Source: Klebsormidium nitens (taxonomy: Eukaryota > Plantae > Klebsormidiophyceae). Taken from it: DNA of 64,000 bases. A program made the translations under genes and the position numbers. Where the stretch lies: positions 62,001-126,000 of the forward strand of contig DF236978.1 in NCBI GenBank assembly GCA_000708835.1. The letters run 5' to 3'. How positions within the stretch are numbered: position 1 is the stretch's first letter; each line of letters begins with the position of its first letter. This document shows, one piece after another, positions 28,001 to 41,700 of this stretch. The notes under the pieces are model-generated. The model was not told where the DNA came from. It searched no databases and worked only from the letters and a program-made list of their open reading frames with translations.

Positions 28001-28539
28001 GGATTTTCAAGGCAGTTCTTGAGTTTGCCGGGGAGTCCGTCAATTTTAACTTCCAGTTTCAACGATTTACACGCATTCAAGGCTGAAACCTTCACCAAAA
28101 AAGGAAACCCGTCCGTTGTATCTCACAAGCCTTGAAATTACTTGCCAAAAGGCGCTACTATTTGCGCATTCAGATTGGCAGAAATGAGGTCTCCATTCCC
28201 TGTGCTCGCCTGCCAAACAAATATATGCACAACATGCAAGAGCTTCAAATGGGACAGGAAGACCGGGCTCCTTAGGCTTCTAATTAATACCTATGCCCCA
28301 AGAAAAGGACACACTGTCCAAAAGAAAAGCCGTGCCTTGGCCTTGGAGGGGTCCCGTGACTTTTGTCAACCAAACTCACCAGCAACGAATGCTTTCCCAT
28401 TCCCAAAAGAGTTGCCCCTAGGCAATGGGACAGCTACAGTAGGCAAGGGACCAGCCGCAGCTGCGCGGACCTGGGAGTCCCTGAGAGCTGAAATTGCGCT
28501 CAACGCTCCCGCCTGCGAGGCGATGATAGAGGAAGCCAT
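25076..28539 (-). CDS. Plastid-targeted CBS-pair (Bateman module) protein, 6 exons
   Basis: Exons at 28539-28380, 27684-27488, 26774-26592, 25916-25850, 25571-25500 and 25125-25076. Ala/Ser-rich transit-like N-terminus followed by two CBS motifs (ISGLPIVSEDLKVVGVVSKKD; DIMSTP..DAAVLMLKHKVHRIPVVNEADQLVGIVTRTDVF). Confidence 0.93.
25357..25394. repeat. 17-bp tandem duplication in the last CBS-gene intron
   Basis: cacctgcttctagtttt x2 followed by cacc. Confidence 0.85.
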
Positions 28540-29406
28540 TTTGAAGAGCGGCCTACGGTAAGGAGCTTCGACGGGCACGACCTAAGCTGAGGCGGTAATA
28601 TTCAGCGTCCGGAGAGCAAATGCTGTGCAACAAATGACAGATTTCTGAAAATGCAAGCGCCTTTCTATGAGAGGGAGAGATGTGCGGCTCTGGAAGGAAG
28701 AGAAGAAGCTGCGAAGAGGAATAGCTTTCCTTGTGCCGTGGTGGCCGTCGAATATTGCTCGACGACCCCAGTTACAGTTCACAATGGATCTTTCTGAGTC
28801 TACTTCAGACCTGCGCTTGACAAAGACGACTGCGTAACGCCTTCACCCGCTCTTGTCTGGCGCGTGCCAATCCTGTGGGGTGCTTTTCTAGCCGTCCAGA
28901 TTTTGAGATACTTCATCGATGAGCTCTTGCGAGTCGTCGATCTTGCCACATCACCGGTATCCACATCACTTAATACCACGAGTCATGTTCACGTGCTTCG
29001 ATACGAAAACACAACTCGCGCTCTAGAGAGGCGAGCATCTGAGCAGTCCCTTCCCCTCAGGCTCCAGAGCTCTACGGTACGGTAGTATCGTTGTCAATTG
29101 GCAAGGTGGTGAGCCAGGCGTCTTTTTGCGGCTTTGGAGTGTGACTCTCTGAAGGTTGAAATTTTAAAAAGTTCAGCTTGTTCTTTTAGGGTTTGGAAGC
29201 CGGGTCGGCCTTCCTTAGCTTACATACGTTGCTACATGAGCAAGGCTTGGATTGCCAGCTGGTAGGGTGGGTGGCCAATGCTGAGCTCCGCAGGGCAGAC
29301 GAGTTTTCAAAGGATCTCAGAGAAGGCGTAAGCGCCACATTAAGGACAGAAAGGTCGCCGACTTTCTGCCGGCGCTGCAAACTCTGGAAGTTTGCGACAA
29401 CTTGCA
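28540..29406. promoter_or_regulatory. Divergent (candidate bidirectional) promoter between the CBS gene and CMT1
   Basis: Two predicted start codons face away from each other about 870 bp apart. No individual elements were defined. Confidence 0.5.
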
Positions 29407-32400
29407 ATGATGGCCTCCGTAGTTTGCAAAGCATACGCTTTGCCTGCAGCCTCCGCTTCCGTCGGCAGGGCGTACAGCTCACAGAGCGCCAGCACGTCCG
29501 CTCTGACTATCCCGCATGCACCGCTGCATTTGCCTTTCAATGTCGGAAGCTCTAAACCTCGGAGACACAGGTGCTCTGGAGTCATTCTGAGTACCCTCTC
29601 CACATCTGCTGGCTTTAGTCATCATGATCAAGCTTCGGGTGGTAAGTTCTTGGCTGAGACTGCATGCATAGGGATCGCCACAATGGAAGCTACGAAAGAA
29701 ATTGTGGTTCTTCTCCAGGCATAGGGACTCAAATTGTAGTTTGAGTTTGTCCAGTTCAAGCTTTGCATCTACTGAAACAAAGTAGATGTATAGTTGTTCA
29801 AGGGATTCAGTAGTTCCGCTGACACTCTGACTCGTTTCTGGTGGACCTTTGTGAGAGATATACTCGGTTTATTACTCTTTTTCATATGCATTCTGGTTCA
29901 ACCATTTTTTACGTGCCTCAGGTTCACAAGGCCACTGGCAACAAGTAATAAGGCGGCAAGTTGGTGCCAGGGCGTCCGCTGGGAGCCTGAGCGGTGACGG
30001 TGGGGATGCAGAAAGCTTAGCGTGAGTCTTGAGTCGCATTTTTGAGGCACTATGATTTCACAGGGGCTCAGGCGCAAATGTTTCGCCCCCGGAGAGGTGT
30101 TCCCATTCACTTGGTACGCCTGTCTCCGTGAGGTTGGAAATTGAAAGATACTGTCGCCTTGGTTGCGAGCACAGAAGCTCGTCTCTAGCAGTGCACATTT
30201 GCTTGGGTAGTGCTAGCTACCCATGGTGTTTACCACCAAGAAGTTTACCACCATGGTAAAGTGCTTCATCTCATTATTCTCCGTGCTCCTGCAGGGCCGC
30301 CAAAGACGCGAGGGATAAACGCAACTTGAATGGCGTTATAGGCATCGGCGCCGTGCTCGCTGTATTGGGGGGCATGGTCGCTGCTTATGCAGTCGGTGGG
30401 CCTCGGGCGCTTTTAGAGGCTATATCAAAGTCGGGCCTTCCCGCCGCTTTCTCGCTCATCTTCGTCTCGGAGATCGGTGATAAGGTTGGTGATGCATTCT
30501 GCAAGTTTACCAACCGCTGCGAACATGTGATCCTTCAAGCGAGGCTGCAGCCCGATAGCTAGGGGCACAGTGTGTCATATCTGCACGTTTTCTTTGTCAA
30601 AGGAATGGAACGGTCAACGTCCAGGGACGTCTCTCGTGGGGCAGAGCGATGGCGCGATCCTGTTCATCCGCACGGACTCTCAAGTCAAATGGCGCCCTGC
30701 GACCATTTTCTCAGAGCTGTTGACGGAGACTTCCTCTTCCCTGCAGACCTTCTTCATTGCAATGCTCCTAGCTATGAGGCATGCAAAGATCCCGGTGAGT
30801 ACTCAATCCCGTTTTGTTGAACAAATACATGGCTTGTGTTTCCTTGATTTGCCTGATGATTCAGACCCCTGAGCCCAGCGCTTTCCGGCAAGAAACCGGC
30901 TGATCTCTGAGATCGTTCGACTGACAGTACAGCTGCCTCTGTGACTGAAAGACACGCTTGGCACCATTGTAAACAACAATCTCCAGAGTGTGCACTGCCA
31001 TTGATGAATACAGTTCCATGGATGGACCTGAACTGGACCTGAAGTGAGCTCAACCAGCATTTACTAATGCAATGCCACTCGAAACTGCAGGTTCTCGTCG
31101 GGTCGTCAGCAGCCCTTTCGCTCATGACGGTCATCTCCGTTGCTATTGGAAGGCTCTTCCAAAAAGTGCCCGCGCAACTGAAGACAAGTAGGCCACCCAC
31201 CATCCTTTCCTTGATGTGAATTCCCCCCTGGCCGAAGGTTCTGGAAGCAAGTGACTTCTTCTTGGTGACGAAACCGCAATTCTCTTTGCCGGACGAAGAC
31301 GGTCTCCTCTGATCAAAGATCCGTCTCAGAGACTCTGGCCCTTACGTGTTGGCCCTCTCATCAGGTCTGCGAGTCAGTCCCCGAGTCGGCGCAGTCTTAC
31401 TACCCCTCCTGCTTAACACGCCTTTCACACGTCCTTAACACTCTCAAGACCCGTTTCGAACTTGAACGATTGTTGGTTATCGAACTTGAGCGATTGTTGG
31501 TTCCCGGCGCTCGCTCGAATCTACCCCCTTCTGTTTGCAGCCATACCCGTCGGCGAATATGCCGCGGTCGCGTTGCTTGTGTATTTCGGTTTCCGCGCGT
31601 TGAGAGCCGCCTGGCTGATGCCAGACGAGGCCTCGGTCGACGAGGGGGAGGAGAGCGAGTTGGCAGCGGCAGAAGAGGTCCTGAAAAAGCAGGAGGTACG
31701 TTCCTGAGGTCTAGTCTTTGACCTCCCCACTCATTTCTGTTTGTATCCGCTTGAAACGAAGTTCGAATGGGAAAGGGACGCTTGCTGACACCTCATAGTA
31801 GCGACCTTCGACGTGAGTCCCCTGAATCAAAGACGAGGACTTTGGTTCGAAGCGAACCTATGATTGAATAGTTGAGTCTTCGTCATCAAAACGAAGGACG
31901 TCAGAGCGTTGCACGTGCAAACACTCGAGCCTTGTCCAGAAGCTGTTCTGTCGAGGGAGTAGAAGCAGATGCGAAAACACGTCCAATCATCTCATGTCTA
32001 TTTCTGTCGTATCCAAACGGCGACCTGCAAGTACCCCTTGGTGCCCGGAGTTCTGGATGTACCCGGGACACTGTTTCTGCACTTGCTCCAAGACAAACGC
32101 CACATCAATCGTCAGTGGAATCAAAGGCCGAGCTCTCAACGCACTTCTTATTCTCCGGCAGGCTGAACGGACCTCGAAGGTTAACAAGCTGTCCGTATGG
32201 GAGGTCCTGGTCGAGTCGTTCTCCCTCGTTTTCCTGGCGGTAAGGTTACCTCCCTTGTGTATTCTCCAACGATTTGCGTGCAAACCGCAGACCGTGCCCC
32301 GTCGTAGTTAACAAAAGAGTGCGCGGTATCCGTGTCAACGGAGGAGTAGTGTAGGAATGTCCGACAAAAGGGGCCGCAGAGGACTCTCACATGCAGGAGG

Positions 32401-33595
32401 GCTCTTTCGGCACTGGAATTGGATAGTGCATCATGGGGGCTGTCCGATGCGTCAAGTTTGGCTTGTCAGCGAAAAGGAGGAAAATATTGCGTAACAGACT
32501 GTGCGAAGCACTTCCTGCAAATGACGAGCAGAACGCTTCAGCGGCAACATGTAGCTTCCTCTTGAGGACCGAAAACCCCCTCCTCCTGTCTCGTCGTTAC
32601 ATGGCCCATCCAGCATTCGAAAGGATCTTGTTGGAGTCTTACCAGAATCCGAAGTTCCGAGGTCAAAGAGTCATGTTCGTGGCCGTTCCTCACAGTTTCG
32701 GAGGCTCACTTTTCTAGATAGTTCAAAGTAGATGTTGGGACTTCTCTCCTTACAGTAACACGTTCACGTCCGTTACGACTGTCTCTGCAGGAGTGGGGCG
32801 ATCGGTCAATGTTGGCAACTATCGCACTAGGAGCTGCGCAAGTGAGCACCGGGTTCTGCTTTCTTTGTTACCATCTTTGGATGAGTGGGGTGCAAATTGG
32901 CCCCAGCTAACATCTTGCAAGTTCCACCTGGCTCTGAACGTCCTCAAAACGTCCTCGCAACTGCCATTGCGAGAGCCACTGCAAAAGCTATCTGAAAGCC
33001 AGCACCGTTCGTTTTGGGTCATGAGGTTGGGACGGGGGAGAACTCTTTAAAGCTTTGTTTGCGCCTGACCGACTGGCGAAACCTGGAAGAGCATCAGCCG
33101 TTTGGTGTGAATAGCGAGCCTCTTCTGGAACTATGTTGATGGTTCGGCCGATGACTTAGAGCACTCCTGATTCTCTCGGTGTGCTGACCCTTCACGAGCC
33201 TCGCCCTGTACAGTCGCCCGTCGGAGTCGCCCTCGGCGCAAGCGGTGGCCACGTGCTTGCCACTGGTCTCGCTGTCTTTGGCGGCTCATTTTTGTCGCAA
33301 TACATCTCAGAAAAGCAGGTAAGCATGGATCTACGCCTTTCTTTTGTGCTGCGGATCTCTCCCCACGCACGTCAGACTTTCTCGCCCGATCTATGACATA
33401 GGAGCTTGACCTCGTAGACAATCTGACCTGTCAACTTATAAGTTCGGAGTTTCCGTTTGTGGGTTACATATGGCTCTGGCTTTGCATTCTTTCAGTCACC
33501 TTTTTTCCTGCTTTCATTCTTCGATGCAGGTGGGCTACGTTGGAGGCATTCTATTCTTGGTATTCGCCGTTGCAACCCTCATGGGAATTTTCTAG
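29407..33595 (+). CDS. PAM71-HL: GDT1/UPF0016-family chloroplast envelope Mn2+ transporter (CMT1/PAM71-HL type)
   Basis: Exons at about 29407-29570, 29922-29993 (these two less certain), 30295-30484, 30747-30794, 31091-31187, 31541-31695, 32162-32239, 32791-32841, 33214-33318 and 33530-33595. Both UPF0016 motifs are present (FVSEIGDKTFFIA; FLAEWGDRSMLAT). The stretches VPAQLKTTIPVGEYAAVALL and YISEKQVGYVGGILFLVFA match the At4g13590 subfamily as I recall it. Confidence 0.93.
31457..31502. repeat. 24-bp tandem duplication near an intron 3' end of CMT1
   Basis: cgaacttga(a/g)cgattgttggtt x2, about 40 nt upstream of the acceptor at 31540. Confidence 0.85.
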
Positions 33596-34538
33596 TCATT
33601 GTTCGATATGTTGAGTTAGGAAAGAAAAGATCCTCAGAATTTGGGGCAGTCAAGTTGAAGCTGGTTGGGACCCAAGGAGCCCCGTTTTGCAGGCCCAATC
33701 TATTTTATGATGCCAATGGGCATTAGAAAGAAGCAGACGTTTGTTGCTTTTCGGCGGGAGAAGAATCATGATGCCTGTTGACATGGGTTTGAGCATTATG
33801 CTTAGTACGGACATATGCCGCGCTCAGCTAGCTCTAATCCTAGACAATGCACTTGCTGTATATGCACCTGGAGTAATTCAGACACGTGTGCACTCATGAT
33901 ATATCTTTGTATGTAATCCAGCGATAATGCAATCAAATGTGCCAAATGTTAGTATGCATTGCTGCAACCATGGTGTATATGTCTAGTCGCAGACACTTGG
34001 ATAAGCCCTACGATTATGTAAAGCAACTGTTGGGACTGCAAGCACAGGCGAGTAAATCGGTCCCGGCCGACAAGGAAAGTGATCAAATGAAGACATGCAA
34101 AGCCTGTGCTGGCCCTGATAACGATGGGCGCATCTGCAGCTACTGATCCATAGGCATCACAGGCAACTTGATCAGCACATTGTTGCAGAACGTTTGCAGC
34201 CATGCAGTTCGCCTTTTGCTGCTCTCTTAGGACAATTTGCCTTTCACACCCACATCTTGCAAATGGTATTGACGGCCGGTTTGAAAAAAATGTAGATGTT
34301 TCGCACGTGAAACGACGCTCCCTGCCAACGCCCTAACAAAGGGGTATTCACCACTCTTGTCAACGCAATGACTTTTTCAGACTGCCAATGTTGCGACCAC
34401 AACTTTCCTGTATACTTCCCTCGCGAGGCCTCTGGTGATGGCGGTCAGGCTTCCCAATCTTATGATCCGAAGCCTGTAAGACAACGTACTTGGAATGTAG
34501 GCAAAGATTCAATGGTCCTATTGTCAGCGTAGAGTCCT

Positions 34539-37500
34539 CTAAGGCTTCTTCACAGGTGGGACTGGCGGCTTGGCAGGCCCATTGACAGATGGTGGTCCGC
34601 CTGATGCGCTGTTCAGGGAGCCACCGGGCGCCTTGGCGTTGGGGTGGTTCAGCTCGCCCCACGCATCAATCCACGTGACCATGGCCTCCCCGAGCTTCGT
34701 GAAGTATGGGTCAATGGCAGAGAGCTTGTCCTTCACTTGCTCCGCGAGCTCCAAGTAGCACTGCAGAAAAGTGACCCGTAATCAGCCGGCTGAATCAAGA
34801 CTGCGATTCTTGATGTCATGTCAACTTCATGCCCAACCAGAGGACGCAGAAAGCCATTGGTGCATCTTGGACCAGAACATCATCAGTCTCCAGCCTTGAT
34901 CTTACGTTTCAACAGACAGACTTTGTAACAGATCACACAGAACAATCTTGTTAGGAAGTCCCTCTGCAAAAGTTTTATTGAGGCTTGGCAAGCAATTGAT
35001 CGAAACATTTGGAACATCGCCTCGAGATACAATGCAAGGATGACAAGCTTCTCTGCAATGCTTCCATATTGGTTCCTTCCATTTTCGTCCTGTTGGTCTT
35101 CCCAACATTCGCTCTTCAAATCCTGCTTCCAGTTAACCTTCCTTGCAATTTGGACGCTTATAAGACGTGAACATGAATTGCCCAGCTTGTGCATAATCAG
35201 TGAACAAGCATCAGGTTGCCAGCGAACTGGGAAGTTGCTCGTTACCTGCTCCACCGTGACCGCCTCCTTGGACAGCTGGACGGCCTGGAAGAAGGGGATG
35301 ATCTCCTCTTGCCAGAAGATGCCCTTGTACTCCTTCTTCAGGTTGGTGAAGGGATTGCTGGCCTTGCTGTGCCAGATGTAAGGCAGCCCGGTCTTGACAC
35401 CGTACCCAAGGTGGTCAGCAATCACCTGCAGAGTATGGTTGCCTGGTGTCAGACGTTGCTTCAGCTGCCACCTACTTTGTAGTCTTGCTCGCACTTCATC
35501 TGTCTTTGATGTGTCTGCTCAGGACTTCCCAGTTGATTAATCTGAAGATTGCAAGCGATTGCACATCTCATCTGTCCCCTGGTGATCGCTTCCAAGCTCG
35601 CTCTTTTCAAGCGCGATCATTTTGCAGGTGCAAGTCATCGCCCATGTTTTCTGTCCCTAATGGTAAGGTAGCGAAGTGTCAAGTCATGCAAAGCCTTGGA
35701 CGATCACTTTCCGCTGCACGTCCACTCTCTATCACACACGCCCAGTCTCACACAAAATGCAGAAATACATCTTGAAACAACCTCGATTGATGCATTATGC
35801 ATCTGTACGCGTCCGCATGGTCTACCAGGTGGCGCATTGCACTCAATCAAAACTGATGATGTTTCCTAGCAGTCCCGTCCAAGTAACTAGAACCATGAAC
35901 TTTGCAAGCCAGATCTAGGTCATTATTCACCACCATGATCAGACGTCAATAGTGGCATGATGTTTAAAGTGCCGGACACGCCTCACCTTGACACACCACC
36001 CGGCCCACATGTCATCGTACCGTCCAATCGGCTGTCCGTCTCCCATGAGGCCAAAATACATGGCGGGCCCGATCAGGTCCCTGTTGAAGGCCAGGTTCAT
36101 GCCGCACATTGGGAAAAGCGTCCCCTTGGGGATGGTCATCACAGCATCCACGAAGCGCGTGTTCCTCTCCGCTGGCTTGACTAGCTGGGTGGGGGCGTCA
36201 TAATCAGGGATGTTCAGCCACAGCCCGTGGGAGACGGCGGTAGGCACACCTGGTGGCATGGAGTGAGGTGGCCATTAGACCAGAAAGTTGGAAAGAGCGA
36301 TGTGACAGCCAGGGAGCAACATTTTGAGATGGCGCCTCATGAGTCGCAGGCAGAAATGGAGTCTGAGGACCTTGCAGAACAATTGGCAGAATCCTAGCAG
36401 ATTGAGTAGTGAGCACGGCAAGAGAAAACCCTATTGCATTTTGTAGGCCCTAAAGATAATTGCTTCCTTACGAACAAACAAAACAAATGTCACGTTTGTT
36501 GCATCATGTAGGTCTAAAGTATTGCCCTCTGCATGGCTCAGTCCCAATGCAGATTGCCTTCAACACCGCACTCATTCCTAGACAAACGCAAATGTGGAGA
36601 AGTATTGAGTATAATGCAATTTGAAAGCAATAGATCAGTACAACAAGCATCACAGACAGACCAGCAACAAATCTGCTGATGATATGATAATGCACCCCCC
36701 AATCTTGTGCAAACCCTACAGATGGAAATTGCATAATCCTACCTTCTCTTAGGCTGAAAGGGTACCCACGCACAAAGTCGGCACCAGGTCTGTAAGGATC
36801 ATAGAGGGTGTTCCAGAAATAAGGAGTGGCGGGGCTGAGCAGGTTCTTGATGTGCTGCTCCAAGGCATTGATGTCACTGCCTGAGGGATCTTTGGCAACC
36901 TGCAATAAGCACATCAAAATATCTGCTTGTCATGATTGCTGTCCTTCAAGCACTGATCTTCTGAGAGCTCGATCCCTGCTCTTCTGAAAGGTTTTAAAAC
37001 ATCCGCAACCTTCTCTCTTCGTCTAAAATGTCGCAGAGTATTGCAGGATGGTCTCATCGTTCATTTGATCAAAGCCGACACCATCTTACATAGGCGGTGA
37101 TATCTTTCTGATATCCATCGGGTTGCTTTTGAGAGTTGTCAAGACTAAGGCTCTGTTATGATCTGTGCACTAATATCAAGTACATTCTAGAGGTACATTA
37201 GAATGGATCTACAACTGGTCTCAACAGATCCAATTATGGAAGACCAGCAAGATGCAAATTGCATTGATAATTCAGAGCTCGCAGAAGTTGGTAAAGCAGA
37301 GTCCAGAGAAGGGACCAATTGTTGTGAGTACTTACGAAGCAGTCGTCGTCAATTGTGAAGATGTACTTCTTCTTCGACACCATGAACCCGAAGCAGCGGC
37401 AGGCGCTGTCCTTGAATGAGATGCAGGATGCCTTGGGCCCTAGGATGCGGTTGATGTCATTCCTGTTGTACAGCTCATAGTCAAAGCCCTCAGGGACCTT

Positions 37501-37632
37501 GACTACCTTGGTGGGGTCACCATCCTGAACAATGATCAGGTGATATGGCTGGAAGAAAGGCCGCCACATCTCCAGGAAGTCGAGATTCCTGATGGTGGGA
37601 ATCACGATATCTAGCTCCTTGGCGAGCGCCAT
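34539..37632 (-). CDS. RGP: Reversibly glycosylated polypeptide / UDP-arabinopyranose mutase (GT75), 5 exons
   Basis: Exons at 37632-37336, 36899-36743, 36249-35987, 35425-35246 and 34760-34539. Motifs: [22 protein letters not shown], the DxD motif [27 protein letters not shown] and [15 protein letters not shown] (class-1 type). Confidence 0.97.
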
Positions 37633-38764
37633 GGCTGCAATGCACTTTTGAGCTGATCAAGAAGGCGGCTTGCACGCGGTGACAACTGATTGTGGAAAGG
37701 AAAGCCGCCTCTGCCTGTCCGATCAATGCCTACAATTTCAACCAACAAGAAGCCCGCTCCCCAAAACACCAGATATTGCGCCGCTGCTTTCCGAGGAGCT
37801 CGGAGACGAATGGATCTGACTCGGCTTGAGCGCTACCGCGAAGACGTGACTTTTGAAGCAAGGCCGGCCGCCGGGCCGGGCTTCTTGGCGGCAGGTCTGC
37901 TTGGATTGGCCCACACATGCATATGCAAAGATCGAACGGACACATTTTTTGCCCAGTTATAAAATTGATTTGTGAAACAGAAATCCTCATCGTCCCGGTG
38001 GAAGCTACCAGGTGAAGCTGCCAGTTTACAGACACAGAAAAGCAGAGCTTGCTACAGCTTGCTAGCAAGGTATGAGCCCGGTTTCTAAATTGCCGGAGTC
38101 GGCGACAGTTGAATAGAAATGGGTTACGATGCAATCTCCTAAACCCTTGCTCGCGAAGAAACCGGCAAGCCGAACGGTCTGCCAGGGACAAATTCTCATC
38201 ATTGACATTTGAAGCAGCCAAATGCGCAAGATGTGGTGCCAAAGGACCGTCGGAATTTCTGGCTATGATTAAAGTATGAGTCGCTGTGACTGATATTGAC
38301 ACAGTTCCTCCTCGGAGAAGCAGTGGGGTAACTAGGCGTGCGACGAACATCTAGATCTTCTTCAGCTCCACGAGGCCTGCTGATCAAGAACAGATCTCTG
38401 AGATCTCAGTCTGCGCCAGCACTGAGCAGGCCAAATTGCGTGGTGCCAAGACGCCTTCTTCCTTTCAAAATTACAATGCAGCTGCCAGCTGAACCGCATT
38501 GGCTTTGGCGGGTGGTCTCCTTAATTGCATGGTTAGGCGATCAATACAAGCAATGCAGCTTGCTACTTGGACAACGCTGAACCCCATTGATGCCGCCTGC
38601 ATGCAATGAGACAAATTGTCACAGCCATCCCTTCTGCCATGCGGCACGACCCACTTTCGAGCTTTTGTTGCAGTGCACCCGGCTTCATCGCAACAGCATT
38701 CTAGCTCGATCAATTTCTGAAAGCCATACGGATGATGCAATGCGTCAGTGACGACCATTAAACC
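37633..38764. promoter_or_regulatory. Divergent intergenic/promoter region between RGP and the starch synthase
   Basis: Head-to-head start codons about 1.1 kb apart. The starch synthase start codon is provisional. Confidence 0.45.
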
Positions 38765-41700
38765 ATGGCCCAGTCCTACCACGCACAATGCTGTGTGGGC
38801 ATTCAGATGGGAAGCAAACAAACCATAGCAAGAGTGCGTCACTCAGACTCCGTACGGATTGGTCTTCCGACTCCCCTGCCCAGAGCTTGCGCGCTCAGGG
38901 CATCTCTAAAGACCAAAGAAGCATGTGGGGCCGCTTTCAAGGTGCTTAGCTGGAGACCTCCTCACACTTTTCTAGAAGGCGTCGGGGCGCCATTACAGTG
39001 CCCAACCAGTCAAAGATCCGATCGTAGCGGCCACTTGAGTTGCAAAGCTGGCATCAAGGATAGTGAGATTTCGTCTGATGATGCAATCAAGGTGAGCTTC
39101 AGCTGCATCTAGATTCTTGGATCATAAGTACATGGCATTTGAGAGCACACTTCACCAGCAGCTTTGGATTTCAAGCTGCTTTGATTGGTCCTCTGACCTC
39201 TGTTTTTAGTGAGGGTTTTTTGCTTTTTCTGAAGCTGACGGTCCAATCTGGAATCCACTGTCAGTGTTTAGTTCTTTATAGTGGTTTAGTGATTAATTTC
39301 CGAGTCAGGGCCCACGGCATGAGATCTGTGTGCAGTCAATGACCAAGGTGACGTTCTGTGGTGGCGCCCTTTGTGACAAGGCGGTGGTGATCGCCCCCTT
39401 TTGTGCGACCTCGTTTTCATGGACTTTTAACGCACTTCTTTCTACCATAAACCTGGAGGGCTTGTTTGGTTTACACAATTTTTGTCCCAAGCACCACTAG
39501 ATAATCACGCTTTGTTCATGTCATGTTTTACCACCATCAACTTGCAATCGCGGGTTTTCCATGTAAAAAGTGGTCACGTCAAATAAACAGGTCAGCCCTA
39601 TCTGCAAAAGCACTGCTCCGGCTTGCTTGCCTATTCCTGCTCTCTCAGTTCCTTTGTCCCAGTGGCAGAATCCATCTTCCAAGAGCCTCTTTGAATAAGC
39701 GGACACACCGTCCGTTTGAAGTTCGAGTCTTCAATGTGAAAGCACTCAGCCTCATAAGTCACCACGGATTTTGTGCTCGCTCTTCTGAGAGCAAGCTATT
39801 GGCATGTTGGCCCCATTCAATATACATATGACTTCAATCTCCGCAGGTCGCTTCTCGATGGAGTCTTTTTGACGCACTGTAAGGCTCAAACTTCCATGGA
39901 CACGCAGGATTACCAGTGCCATTTTTGTGCTCTACAACTTTACCTTTTCCTCAACCTCTTCTTTCCCCACAGATCCAAGAGTTGCTGGCAATCAACGAGC
40001 AGCAGCGGAAGCGGATAGAAGAACTAGAGGCGGCGATAGAAAACCAGTCCCGTCCGGCCGCTGCCGAAATCGTAGAGAAGCCGGTTGCTTCAGAAACACA
40101 GCCCGAAGAAGAAACCCCACCACCCATGCCGAAGGTGAGGCCCTTGCCGAGTGTACACTGACGAAAGGCTTAATCTCTCGATTTTGAAAATACTGACTTC
40201 TCGTGCTGGACAACCTGACAGGAATGTATCATGACTGCAAACAACACGCATGAGGAGTCTCACCTTGAACGCTGAAACAATGGAGCGAGGTCGCTCATCT
40301 AGTTATTCCGTTTGCACGCAGGCTCCCCCACTTGTGTCATTATTGGGCGCACTGGGGACGATGCGCAAAAAACAATCTCTGAAGGTCCGGAAGAGGCTCA
40401 AAGACTTGGACTTGGTGAGCAATTGTCGTGATGTCATGGTGCAAACCGTTATTGCAGGAATGTTTGGTTTGTGCATCCTTTAGTGGTTCCGCAACTTCAA
40501 TCACGGTGGGAACTGCATCTCTGAACGACGGTGCTGCTTACCACGGAGGGTGCTCTCTGGTGATTCCACTAAAGTCACCCCTGGAATGCAAACGCACTGT
40601 CTTGTAGTCGCTGTCCTGTGATTCTCGTCATTCCATCAGGCAGGAAACCACTATGTCAAACTGTGTTAGCGAGTCACTAGACCGTCTCTTGCAATCTACA
40701 GGTGCCTGCCAAGGCTGAGTCCAAGGCTGAGTCCAAGGCTGAGCCCAAGGCTGATCTCAAGGCCGAGCCCAAGGCCGAGCCCAAGGCCGAGCCCAAGGCC
40801 GAGTTCAATGCTCATCCCAAGGCCGAGTCCAATGCTGATCCCAAGCCTGAGCCTAACGCTGAGTCCAAGGCTGAGCCCAAGGCTGAGCCCAACGCTGAGC
40901 CCAAGGCTGAGCCAAAGGCCGAGTCCAAGGCTGAGCCCAAGGCCGAGCCCAAGGCCGAGTCCAAGGCTGAGCCCAAGGCTGAAACCAAGGCTGAGCCCAA
41001 GGCTGATCCCAAGGCTGAGCCCAAGGCCGAGCTCAAGGCTGAGCCCAAGGCTGAGTCCAATGCCGAGCTCAAGGCGGAGTCCAAGGCTGAGTCCAATGCC
41101 GAGCTCAAGGCGGAGTCCAATGCCGAGCCCAATGCCGAGCCCAAGGCCGAGCCCAGGGCCGAGCCCAACGCTGAGCCCAGCGCTGAGTCCAAGGCTGAGC
41201 CCAATGCTGATCCCAAGGCTGAATCCAAGGTTGAGCCCAAGGCTGAGCCCAATGTTGAGCCCGAGGCCCCCTCCAAAGAACGTCCCAAGGCAAAGACCGT
41301 TGAGTGGCCGTCCCCCACTGATCCGGTGCCGTTCTGGGAGCGACCCGTGACGCCGTTGGCAGTGGATGCCGCGAGACCGGGGGACGGGGACGTGTCCCAA
41401 GACTCACACCCGATGCACATCGTGCATGTGACTGCGGAGATGGCTCCCCTGGCAAAGGTAATACTCACAACTGACACTCTTATATTAATTCAGGGTGAGA
41501 CGGTTATCTCTCGTCATTGCGAAGCATCCACCGGGGTAGTTTGTTGGGGGACGCTTAACAAAACGGGTTGGCTCTCAACCTCGAAATCTCGACGAATCGT
41601 CTCCCTGAAATGTTTCTTCCGCACACCGGGTTTGCATCTTAGGAAGATTCAAAAAGGAAGCCTCTCCTCGAATCGAGTTTGCGGGGCTCTTTCCAGCCCC

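Noticed and set aside
11925-36720. Scattered AAACCCTA telobox-like words (e.g. about 11930, 23135, 27392, 36367, 36711)
   Set aside because: They are single, mostly intronic occurrences with no array, so they do not indicate an interstitial telomere.
40696-41477. LG-rich, SPRL-rich and ALGS-rich ORFs over the 12-bp repeat
   Set aside because: The repeat lacks stops in several frames. Only the KAEP frame splices into the starch synthase.
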